NCBI GenBank assembly: GCA_951406725.2
Contig: OX597820.1
Span: forward strand, 17,298,001 to 17,362,000
Length of the DNA: 64,000 nucleotides
From: Octopus vulgaris
Taxonomy: Eukaryota
Reading direction: 5' to 3'
Part shown: piece after piece, positions 12,933 through 24,600 of the stretch
Layout: each line of letters opens with the position of its first letter
Numbering within the stretch: position 1 is the first letter of the stretch
Notes under the pieces: model-generated
What the model was told of the DNA's origin: nothing
Database searches by the model: none
Seen by the model: only the letters and a program-made list of their open reading frames with translations
Program-made: the position numbers and the translations under genes

Positions 12933-13533
12933 ACAAATAATAAACTTCCTTGAAACTCAAAACCTGTATACAAAAGTTCAGAATAAGTGACGAAAATGTT
13001 CATATAGCTGTGAAGATCAATAACTGATCAACAATGCCTTAACTAAAACATGTAAAAACAGAACGAATGGCGCCAGAATGAATTGAATTGACAACTAGGA
13101 GGTTTAACAATGTACATCATGCAAGAATAACGAAACGATAACGACGAGCAAGGCAGCAGCAATACCATGATTTATAAATGATAAGCAATTCTAAAGATGC
13201 CAAAAACAGATGAATAATAAAAACTAAGCGTTATCTCCGTGAGAAAAAGAATACTGCAAGGGAACTCTTGTATACTATGTTTTGCCTGGCGTATTCACAT
13301 TTAACCAAAATGTCAATGCAGACTGAACTCAGATACAAATGTCATGAAAGGACAGTCGAACATTTTTTTTTTATATAGGAAACGATTCTGCTACAGACAG
13401 TAGTCGAATGTACTATAGAAATTGATATAAGCACTGGATTAGAAAAGTGCACAGAAAGAACTCTGTAGACAGACTATATACAGGATGCGGTGAATAAAGT
13501 GTCGTTTAAATTACGTAAAATTGAAAGTAACAC

Positions 13534-13835
13534 TTATTTACATTATTTACATTCGACGGATATTTGTCCTCACATTGTTTGTTGTTAACACATTTCAGCT
13601 GATATACCTTTCAGCCGTCTTCAGGGGTCTTGGGGAAATTTCGAATCTGGGTTCTCATCCCTAAGGCATTTTTCGATGTTATTATTATTATTTTTATTAT
13701 TATTATTATTATTATTATCATTATTAGTGTTCAGGTCACTGCTTGGAATCGAACTCGGAATCTTGGGCTTAGTAGCCCGCGCTCTTAACCACTACGCCAT
13801 ATGCCCGTAAATAATGTAAATAATGTACACAATTC
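13534..13835 (-). mobile_element. tRNA-headed element with (TAA)n spacer, hammerhead-like core and inverted terminal duplication
   Basis: Minus 13806-13729: GGGCATATGGCGTAGTGGTTAAGAGCGCGGGCTACTAAGCCCAAGATTCCGAGTTCGATTCC (A and B boxes); 13630-13586: CTGAAGA-c-ggctga..tcagct-GAAA; TTATTTACATTATTTA at 13534 is inverted at 13808. Confidence 0.75.
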
Positions 13836-14012
13836 CTCATCCTTACTACTGTAGAAGTGCAAATAACAGTGACTTCTCATTTTAACAGATATATTTACCA
13901 AAATGACATAAAAATATCTTGAAATACTAAAGAGTAAATATATTTAATAAAATCGCTATTGGCTTCATAATAAATATTTATTAACTTCACAATCTCCATT
14001 TTCTTTTTCTTC

Positions 14013-14056
<44 letters not shown>

Positions 14057-14122
14057 CCGCGTGTGTACCATTGGCGATTTTTTCCCTCCGTTTTCCCTTC
14101 TCTGGATCTTTCCTTTTCCTAT

Positions 14123-14157
14123 GTTTCTGACGAAGAGCTCCGCTCGAAACGTAAAAC
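14123..14157 (+). ncRNA. Intact minimal type-I hammerhead ribozyme (PLE type) in a 14054-14200 repeat
   Basis: gttt-CTGACGA-A-gagc tcc gctc-GAAA-CG-TA-aaac; all core nucleotides present. Confidence 0.85.
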
Positions 14158-14730
14158 CCTGTTTCTCCCCTTCCTTCCTGAGCATCCACTTAGAGACCAC
14201 AATATATTAGAGAAAAAAATCCGAACTTAAAATGGTGTAATTTCAGTATATAAATATTAAAGAAAATAGAGAAATACAACTGATGTATTAAAATTTATTT
14301 ACATTAAAATGTAATATAATTATACTGTGAAATGATATAATATAATATAATATAATATAATATAATATAACAAATAATAAAAAGCATATCCTGCAATTTG
14401 TTTCGACTCATATCCACTAGTGTATTTATAGAAATTCATATATATGCATATGAGTCTCCTCAGGGTAATATTTGTCTAAAAAATAAACAAAACTTTATGC
14501 AAGGACTGCTAAATCATAAAATAGACTGATTAAAAATATGCATAATTGTGAATTTTTATAAATTTACTACTGCATATAAACAAATTGTAGGATATATATT
14601 TGTTTTGATTATTTGTTATATTAGATTATGTCTTTTTATAGTATAATCATATAACAATGTAAATGAATTTCTAATATATTAATTGTATTTCTGTTTCCTT
14701 TAATATCCACTCACACACACACATGTACAT

Positions 14731-14944
14731 ACTCTTATACTCTTTTAGTTGTTTCAGTCATTTGACTGCGGCCATGCTGGAGCACCGCCTTTAGTCGAGC
14801 AAATCGACCCGAGGACATATTCTTTGTAAGCCCAGTACTTATTCTATCGATCTTTTTTGCCGAACCGCTAAGTGACGGGGACGTAAACACACCAGCATCG
14901 GTTGTCAAGCAATGCTAGGGGTACAAACACAGACACACAAACAT

Positions 14945-15001
<57 letters not shown>

Positions 15002-15166
15002 TACGACAGGCTTCTTTCAGTTTCCGTCTACCAAATCCACTCACAAGGTATTGGTCGGCCCGAGGCTATAGCAGGAGACACTTGCCCAAGATGCCACACA
15101 GTGGGACTGAACCCGGAACCATGTGGTTGGTAAGCAAGCTACCTACCACACAGACACTCCTGCGCA
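14731..15166 (-). mobile_element. SINE family A, full length
   Basis: Reverse complement of the family A consensus. Confidence 0.92.
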
Positions 15167-16299
15167 TGCTTTTGTAATTTCTCACTGTTATTATCCATCA
15201 TTTTATTATTCTCTCTGTTATTATTCATAAGGAATGGTTTGCAGGTGAAACCCTGAAGTCGTGGTACAGTTTTCTGTAGAATTTGGGAGCATTTCTGCCT
15301 TGTGATTCAAGTTGCGTTGTACATATATTGTAATTCCTTCTCTAAAATCAAGACTAATCTTCATCATTGCTGCAGAACTTACGATGGTCAACAATACAAT
15401 ATATAAACCAATTTGCTTTGTCTAAATTACTTAACTCAGACGATCACCTACACTCATTGATATATACTGAGAGAATATTAGAGAATATTCATTGAGGATC
15501 CCATTTTTAGCAACTATTGTGGCTTAATTTATATCTTTATTCGAATGGGACTCGCTTTCTGCCATTCCCTATATCAAGTTGTGTACGAATGCTTATAATC
15601 TAATCATGGAATCTAACATCTACAGTTTCTAAGTATAATAATGCATCATTTATTTTTGAAGTTTATTACGCTCTTAATTCTCTACTGAGAACATTTCTGC
15701 CATTTATTCATTCTCGTCTCTTTACCACTTGGGTATATTCATATCACGTGTGCAAGCATGAAAACTATTATCCCGGAAGAATTTCTCTTGGTAATCTCTC
15801 CGTCGGTATCACACGATAAATGTAAGATGCTGACGAATGAGTTTTCACTTGCTTTCATTGTCACTCTTCTCAACACTTTCCGTCAACAATGATTGATTTT
15901 TATAATTTCTGTTGATGAAGAGACGTCAATGGTGGCGATATTTAAACGATAGCTGTAAACCTGTTTCAAATGCCCTTCACAAAGTTTTGAGTTCTATATG
16001 AGTTTTATACAAGTTGTTTAGAATCAATATTCCCCCCAAAATCTCTGATTATGTTTGATTGTAAATACGCATCTATCGCAGAGTCAAAACTCGTTGCAAA
16101 ACATTAGACTTTCTTTTCAGGGTCAGAAACATCATTGCGCTTTTTAAAATTGCTGATCATCTGCATTATTGCTAGAGGTAAAAGTAAGCTGATACTGCTC
16201 AAACAAGAAGTGATGATAAAGGGAATCTGACTGGAAAAAGATTTTCAAAATTAAAAATTTGTGAAATGGCAAGCAAGATTAAGCTAGAAACTCTACATA

Positions 16300-16610
16300 T
16301 CGTAAAACATCCGAGAATATGTAATTTCAAATCTATTTACAAAGAGTCTTAATGAAGGCTTCGTCTAAGTTAAGTTCTGTAATGTATGATGCATTATGAG
16401 AGAATCTAGTATATGAGAGAATATAGTGTCCAAGTCAATGACCACGCCATGGAGATTGGAGCTTTGGATTTTTGTAGAAAAATGTGCCAACAATCTCATG
16501 AAACGATTCTCAAGTTCTCGTTAAAAAGATTGCCGGAGGTCTAAGATCAATGGCAGAAGCAGTAGAGAAGCGTTGCAACTGGATCTGGTCAATGAGGAAT
16601 GAAAGTCAAC
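16300..16610 (+). pseudogene. Very degraded C-terminal REL-endonuclease region of a HERO-like non-LTR retrotransposon
   Basis: Fragments MEIGALDF and LRSMAEAVEKRCNWIWSMRNE resemble EVGxRGF..AExxSxWxWxxR. Confidence 0.4.
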
Positions 16611-17223
16611 TTCAAAATGCAAAGTTTATCGGGTTTTTAACTAGTGTCTCAGACCGAAATAGCCACGACATGAAGATATCTTTGTTCTGGGGTACCTTCA
16701 TCACCTGGTGAAGCCCAAAGGACAAAGAAAACAGCAGCACGAAATCTGACAGCAAAGGGATATCTGGGAGTCATTACATGAATACGACTCCGCCGCTTAG
16801 AGTGTAAGGAGTTAAGGATCAAAACGTATGCACGAGGGTAGCTTCCACTATGAAGACCTGCTCGTCAGCTCTCCCTAGCGTTTTTCAATACCTGTGCACT
16901 CTTTGAAACATATTAGATATGTTTGTTCTGGATATGACATGAAACTGCATCCGGTGGTGAAGCTCCGGTTCGGGAGTTCTGGAACTGTGGAGGGTAGTAG
17001 TAGTAGTAGTATTAGTATTAGTATTAGTAGTAGTAGTAGTAGTAGTAGTAGTATTTGTAGTAGTACGATCCGTCGGTCTAGAGAGGCCATTGATCTGCGC
17101 CCGAAGAAATCGTGTCAGATGCTGATAGCGGTATAGCGTTTGTTGTGACTGTAGAGGCTCATACGGGAGTGGCAGTCACGCATACAGGGATTGTATTCGA
17201 CGGACGCTCGTGCGCTTTGTTCG

Positions 17224-17258
<35 letters not shown>

Positions 17259-17493
17259 AACGACCCCGAACCCACAAGAGTAAAGAAGAGAAACACAGAC
17301 AGGCAGAAACAAGGAAAATGCCATTTGTATTTAAACACTATGCAAATACTCATTTAAAAAAATTTTCTTTAATTTTTCCAAAATTTAATTGTTTTCCATA
17401 CTTACAGTTGAAAAAGTCTCACTGACTGAAACAGGTACTGAAATGTTTTTATAAAATTATTTTAGCATTTTCTATCTTCACTTTGTTCCAAAT

Positions 17494-17544
<51 letters not shown>

Positions 17545-17707
17545 TTTGGTGAAATAGAAAGATGAATAATCTTGTTGCAGATTAATCAAAAGTTTAACCG
17601 ATACCTTGGTAGCAAAAATCACAGCAGAAGAAAGCACGGTTGGAGGTACAACCATATGGTGTTGCAACCGTGCGTTGGTGCGGATAATTGAATTTTAATA
17701 TTATTAG

Positions 17708-18165
17708 TATTATTAGTGAATTGAAGAAATGGAGTTGAACGAAGATTGAACAGAAATCCTTTTATTGCATTCTACACGTGTTTCGAAAGCCACAATTTAC
17801 CAAATTCCGATTGAATAAGGAGACCATATTGTGTCTTTCTCTTCAGGAAGAAATAGGAATTCCGTTGGCTGAACAAAAACAGAACAGAGGCGCAGCAAAA
17901 CAAATCGAACGAGGAGGCTCCTAAGAGCCCATGGCCAAAGTTTGGCCATGGGCTCTTAGGAGCCTCCTCGTTCGATTTGTTTTGCTGCGCCTCTGTTCTG
18001 TTTTTGTTCTGCCAACGGAATTCCTATTTCTTCCTGAAGAGAAAGACACAATATGGTCTCCTTATTCAATCGGAATTTGGTAAATTGTGGCTTTCGAAAC
18101 ACGTGTAGAATGCAATAAAAGGATTTCTGTTCAATCTTCGTTCAACTCCATTTCTTCAATTCACT

Positions 18166-18172
<7 letters not shown>
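17708..18172. repeat. Near-perfect palindrome, 232-bp arms, 1-nt loop at 17940; left arm extended by tail 17545-17707; (TA)n on both sides
   Basis: ..CCCATGGCCAAA-G-TTTGGCCATGGG..; one mismatch seen. Confidence 0.97.
18031..18110 (+). ncRNA. Hammerhead ribozyme with extended stem II (mirror copy 17770-17849, minus)
   Basis: ttc-CTGAAGA-gaaag.cacaat..attgtg.ctttc-GAAA-CACGTG-TA-gaa. Confidence 0.85.
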
Positions 18173-18233
<61 letters not shown>

Positions 18234-18357
18234 TATCATATAATTAAGGGCTAGAGAAGGTTATTCTAAAGCCAATACACTGATTTATCCACTTGTTACA
18301 GGAAAATTGAAACTGAAAAACGGGCAACTAACCTTTAGAAAATTTAAATTTCGTTAT

Positions 18358-18417
18358 CTCTATATTGAATCAATTTCGGAATTAATCTTATAAAGGATAC
18401 ATTCTTCGTCAGTAGAG
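18358..18417 (-). ncRNA. Hammerhead ribozyme of another PLE-like family
   Basis: Minus: ctcta-CTGACGA-a gaat..attc c-GAAA-TTGATTCAA-TA-tagag. Confidence 0.8.
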
Positions 18418-18509
18418 CTTTCGAGGGGATATAAATAAAATACTCACATGAAATTATGGAAAAAGCACAAGCTAAAAACATAACTACACTTAAGTACATC
18501 ACTTATATC

Positions 18510-18545
<36 letters not shown>

Positions 18546-18558
18546 TAGAGAGGTGGGT

Positions 18559-18595
<37 letters not shown>

Positions 18596-18617
18596 TATAT
18601 ATAGATAGGTAGGTATG

Positions 18618-18663
<46 letters not shown>

Positions 18664-19512
18664 GAATTATAATAATACCTATATTTTATGTATAAACTAC
18701 ATAGATTAGTGACGAAACATACTACATTTGATAAATGAAATTTGAATAATAGAACCTAGCCTGGCAGTGTATGATGTGTTCTTGCGAGGCTAGCTCGAAA
18801 TTATGAAATGCATGTTATGATTGTTGTGATAATATATTTATTGAATATCAGTTTCAGGATACTTTAAACCGTTGTCATTTTTCACTGCACAGGTATGCTC
18901 GGTTTAATAATAATATTCTGTTTTTCCCGACGTGTATTCAGGTGTCACATTTTCACGGCATTAAGTAGAAAGAACAATCAGGGAAATAACAGAAAATTTG
19001 AAATAATGAATCAAGCACAATTGTGAAGCATTGAACACCTTAAAGAAACACCTTAAGAAACAAAACTTTAAACGAATTAAACAAAGTTATGCAAGTCTTG
19101 AACTCATAAGTCATAATAGAAATATGCAAGTTATATAAGAGAAGAATCACCAAAGGGTTCTGACAAACATTATAGAACTTTGAGGAATATTTAAAACCAA
19201 ATTTGAGTATTCAGTATCCATATGTACACACACACACAAACACACATACATATACATATACATATATATATATATATATATATTGGTAAAAACAGTAAGA
19301 TAACAAAAGAAAGAAAGTGACCTCAATATTATGTAAATAGAGGAATTTATTTGTAAATATATGTATATATATATATAGAGAGATATGTATGTGTATATAT
19401 ATATTTATATATGTGTGTGTGCGTGTGTTCGTGTATTCATGCACACATACATATATACATCCATACTCACACACATACACACACACACTCACATACACAT
19501 ACACACACACAT

Positions 19513-19544
<32 letters not shown>

Positions 19545-20153
19545 GTTATGTGCATTTGGTCGCGTGTATGTTTGTGTGTGAGTCCGTTTTGGGATGTGTG
19601 TCTGTTTCTATAAGAATGCATGCGTCACTAATATCTGGCAAGATAATTCGCTTGTGGTCAGCAAATGATTCGTAATAGGTTTGTGTTTTGACGTTTACTG
19701 TCGTCGTTTTTAAAATAAACAAAAGTTAATACATTCCACTCTTAATGTTCAGAAGTAGTTTTAAAACAAATGCTTACAGGATATTTTCAAAATTTGGTTG
19801 TTAAAGTAAAAGAACAACAATAACAACGAATAGTTAAAGAACTAAACATATTAAAAGAGTTTTAGAATACAGTAGGAAAACAACTGAATGAGGCAGCTGT
19901 GCAAATGGATGTCAGTACAAACGCATAGTGGTATACATATATATGCATACATACATATGCATATATATATATATATATATGCATATGTATATGCATATAT
20001 GGATATATATATGCATATATGGATATATATATATATATATGCATTGATATATATGCATAACTACTTCTCTCTATATATATATAAATGCTTATATGGATAT
20101 ACGTACGTAGATCTATCTACATGACTATCTACTGATATTCATATATTCATATA

Positions 20154-20315
20154 GGCGCAGGAGTGGCTCTGTGGTAAGTAGTTTGTTTACCAACCACATG
20201 GTTTCGGGTTCGGTCCCACTGCGTGGCACCTTGGGCAAGCGTCTTCTACTATAGCCTTGGGCTGACCAAACCTTTGGGAGTGGATTTGGTAGACAGAAAC
20301 TGAAAGAAGCCCGTC

Positions 20316-20354
<39 letters not shown>

Positions 20355-20572
20355 TGTGTGTGTTTGTGTGTCTGTGTTTGTCCACCTAGCATTGCTTGAC
20401 AACCGATGCTGGTGTGTTTATGTCCCCGTTACTTAGCGGTTTGGCAAGAGACACCGATAGAATAAGTACTGGGCTTACAAAAGAATAAGTGCCGGGGTCG
20501 AGTTGCTCGATTAAAGGCGGTGCTCCAGCATGGCCGCAGTCAAATGACTGAAACAAGTAAAAGAGTGAAGAG
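20154..20572 (+). mobile_element. SINE family A, full length
   Basis: Family consensus match. Confidence 0.92.
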
Positions 20573-20606
20573 TAATACATATATACATACACATATGTAT
20601 ATATAT

Positions 20607-20997
20607 CTTTTATTTTATCAGTCATTTGACTGTATTCGTGCTGTAGCACCGACTTTAGTCGAGCAAATCGACCACATATTATACTTTGTAAGCCTAGAAT
20701 TTCTGTATCGGTCTCTTTTGCCGAACCGCTGAGTTACGGGGATGTAAACACACCAGCATCGGTTGTCAAGCGATGTTGGGGGGGGGGTTACAAAAACAGA
20801 CACACAAACATATATATACACACATATATATATACATATATACGCCGGGCTTCTTTCAGTTTCCGTCTACCAAATCCACTCATAAGTCTTTGGTCGGCCC
20901 GAGGATATAGTAGAAGACACATGCCCCAGGCGCCACGCAGTGGGACTGAACCCGGAACCATGTGGTTCGAAAAGAAGCTACCTACCACACAGCCTCT
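20607..20997 (-). mobile_element. SINE family A, tail-to-tail with the previous copy
   Basis: Reverse-complement match. Confidence 0.9.
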
Positions 20998-21083
20998 TCT
21001 AACCAAGGAACAAAGTGTTTCAGTTAAGTATTCTGCAACGTATGTGGATTGGATAGACTCTGTAGGAATGTAGGCTGTGAATT

Positions 21084-21214
<131 letters not shown>

Positions 21215-21632
21215 CTGCGGCCAAAATGTTCGGAACGGCATTGTTTTCGTCAGAAAAGTAAGTATACGTTTTTATTAAAGTAGTTTTATATTCTATAATA
21301 TATTTAAAATCCTCGGCTTCAAGAACATTCTATTTCTCTGTCGTGATCTTAATTTAGTAGTAGTCACAAAGCCTATTTACGTATTCAAAGTGCTTTGAAT
21401 ACGTAAATGTAGTGGGATGGTGATTCTCGTACCCTTAAAGTGGTTGCCGTTTTAAAGAGATTGATATTTTATTTCTTTATACTATTGATTTGTTCTTCAT
21501 GGTTGGTTACACATATGATCCTCCTTAGCTGGCATTTAAGATACACGCATATATGTGCGCGCGGGCACACACACACACACATATACATTCACATAAATAC
21601 ACATATATAAAATCTGCACACGCTCAAATATT

Positions 21633-24600
21633 GGGGCAAAATTTTTGGTGAAAATTTTCGAAAAATTGTTGCTGAAAATTTTTGGGTAAAATTTTAGAAA
21701 AATTTTTAGTTAAATTTTCCGTGAAAATTTTCGCAAAATTTTGGGTAAAATTTTGGTGAAAATTTTTCGGAAAATTTTTAGCTAATATTTTCGGTGAAAA
21801 TTTTTAGGGAAAATTCTTTCTAAAAAATTTTTTTCATGAAAAATTTTTTGAGGAAAATTTTCAAAAAATTTTTTATGAAAATTTTCGCAAAATTTTTGGG
21901 TAAAATTTTCGGTGAATATTTTCGAAAAATTTTTGGGTAAAGTTTTAAGCAAGAATTTTCAGTAAAAATTTTCGCAAAATTTTCGCAAAATTTTTGAGTA
22001 AAATTTTCGGTGAAAAATTTCGGAAAATTTTTAGGTAATATTTTCGGTGTAAATTTTTGGGTAAAATTTTCGAAAAATTTTTAGGTAAAATTTTCCGTGA
22101 AAATTTTCGCAAAATTTTTGGGTAAAATTTTCGGTGAAAAATTTCGGAAAATTTTTAGCTAATATTTTCGGTGAAAATTTTTAGGGAAAATTCTTTGTGA
22201 AAAATTTTTTGATGAAAAATTTTTTCGAGGAAAATTTTCGAAAAATTTTTTATGATAATTTTCACAAAATTTTTGGGTAAAATTTTCGGTAAAAATTTTC
22301 GGAAAATTTTCGGTGAATATTTTCAAAAAATTTTTGGGTAAAATTTTAAGCAAAAATTTTCAGTAAAAATTTTCGGAAAATTTTCGCAAAATTTTTGAGT
22401 AAAATTTTCGGTGAAAAATTTCGGAAAATTTTCAGGCAATATTTTCGGTGAAAATTTTTGGGTAAAACTTTTGTAAAAATTTTTGCAAAAAGTTTTGTGT
22501 AAAATTTTCGGTGAAAATTTTCGAAAAATTTTTTGTGTAAATTTTCGCAAAATATTTGGGTAAAATTTTCGGTGAAAATTTTTGGGTAAAATTTTCGGTG
22601 AAAATTTTTGGGTAAAATTTTTGTAAATATTTTCGCAAAATTTTTGGGTAAAATTTTCGGTGAAAATTTTTAGGAAAATTCTTTGTGAAAAATTTTTTGA
22701 TGAAAAATTTTTTCGAGGAAAATTTTCGAAAAATTTTTTATAATTTTCACAAAATTTTTGGGTAAAATTTTCGCAAAATTTTTGAGTAAAATTTTCGGTG
22801 AAAAATTTCGGAAAATTTTCAGGTAATATTTTCGGTGAAAATTTTTGGGTAAAACTTTTGTAAAAATTTTTGCAAAAGTTTTGTGTAAAATTTTCGGTGA
22901 AAATTTTCGAAAAATTTTTTGTGTAAATTTTCGCAAAATATTTGGGTAAAATTTTCGGTGAAAATTTTTGTAAATATTTTCGCAAAATTTTTGGGTAAAA
23001 TTTTCGCAAAATTTTTGGGTAAAATTTTCGAAAAATTGTTTGCGAAAATTTTCGAAAGATTGTTGGCGAAAATTTTCGAAAAATTTTTGAGTAAAATTTT
23101 AAGCAAAAATTTTCGGTGAATATTTAAAAAAAATTTCGTGAAATTTTGGGGTAAAATTTCGAAAAATTTTTAGTTAAATTTTCCGCGAAAATTTTCGCAA
23201 AATTTTTGGGTAAAATTTTTGGTGAAAAATTTCGGAAAATTTTTAGGTAATATTTTCGGTGAAAATTTTTAGGGAAAATTCTTTCTAAAAAATTTTTTTC
23301 ATGAAAAATTTTTTTGAGGAAAATTTTCGAAAAATTTTTTATGAAAATTTTCGCAAAATTTTTGGGTAAAATTTTCGCAAAATTTTTGGGTAAAATTTTC
23401 GGTGAATATTTTCGAAAAATTTTTGGGTAAAGTTTTAAGCAAGAATTTTTAGTAAAAATTTTCGGAAAATTGTCGCAAAATTTTTGAGTAAAATTTTCGG
23501 TGAAAAATTTCGGAAAATTTTTAGGTAATATTTTCGGTGTAAATTTTTGGGTAAAATTTTCGAAAGATTTTTAGGTAAAATTTTCCGTGAAAATTTTCGC
23601 AAAATTTTTGGGTAAAATTTTCGGTGAAAAATTTCGGAAAATTTTTAGCTAATATTTTCGGTGAAAATTTTTAGGGAAAATTCTTTCTAAAAAATTTTTT
23701 CATGAAAAATTTTTTTGAGGAAAATTTTCAAAAAATTTTTTATGAAAATTTTCGCAAAATTTTTGGGTAAAATTTTCGGTGAATATTTTCGAAAAATTTT
23801 TGGGTAAAGTTTTAAGCAAGAATTTTCAGTAAAAATTTTCGCAAAATTTTCGCAAAATTTTTGAGTAAAATTTTCGGTGAAAAATTTCGGAAAATTTTTA
23901 GGTAATATTTTCGGTGTAAATTTTTGGGTAAAATTTTCGAAAAATTTTTAGGTAAAATTTTCCGTGAAAATTTTCGCAAAATTTTTGGGTAAAATTTTCG
24001 GTGAAAAATTTCGGAAAATTTTTAGCTAATATTTTCGGTGAAAATTTTTAGGAAAATTCTTTGTGAAAAATTTTTTGATGAAAAATTTTTTCGAGGAAAA
24101 TTTTCGAAAAATTTTTTATGATAATTTTCACAAAATTTTTGGGTAAAATTTTCGGTAAAAATTTTCGGAAAATTTTCGGTGAATATTTTCAAAAAATTTT
24201 GGGTAAAATTTTAAGCAAAAATTTTCAGTAAAAATTTTCGGAAAATTTTCGCAAAATTTTTGAGTAAAATTTTCGGTGAAAAATTTCGGAAAATTTTCAG
24301 GCAATATTTTCGGTGAAAATTTTTGGGTAAAACTTTTGTAAAAATTTTTGCAAAAGTTTTGTGTAAAATTTTCGGTGAAAATTTTCGAAAATTTTTTGTG
24401 TAAATTTTCGCAAAATATTTGGGTAAAATTTTCGGTGAAAATTTTTGGGTAAAATTTTCGGTGAAAATTTTTGGGTAAAATTTTTGTAAATATTTTCGCA
24501 AAATTTTTGGGTAAAATTTTCGGTGAAAATTTTTAGGGAAAATTTTTGTGAAAAATTTTTTGATGAAAAATTTTTTCGAGGAAAATTTTCGAAAAATTTT

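Noticed and set aside
13729-13806. Functional tRNA gene
   Set aside because: Acceptor and T stems mispaired, unusual ACT anticodon, no oligo-T terminator; part of a repeat
15200-16100. Possible Helitron helicase remnant (minus-strand LDIGNG)
   Set aside because: One short motif; surrounding frames are full of stops and cannot be aligned by eye; needs TBLASTX
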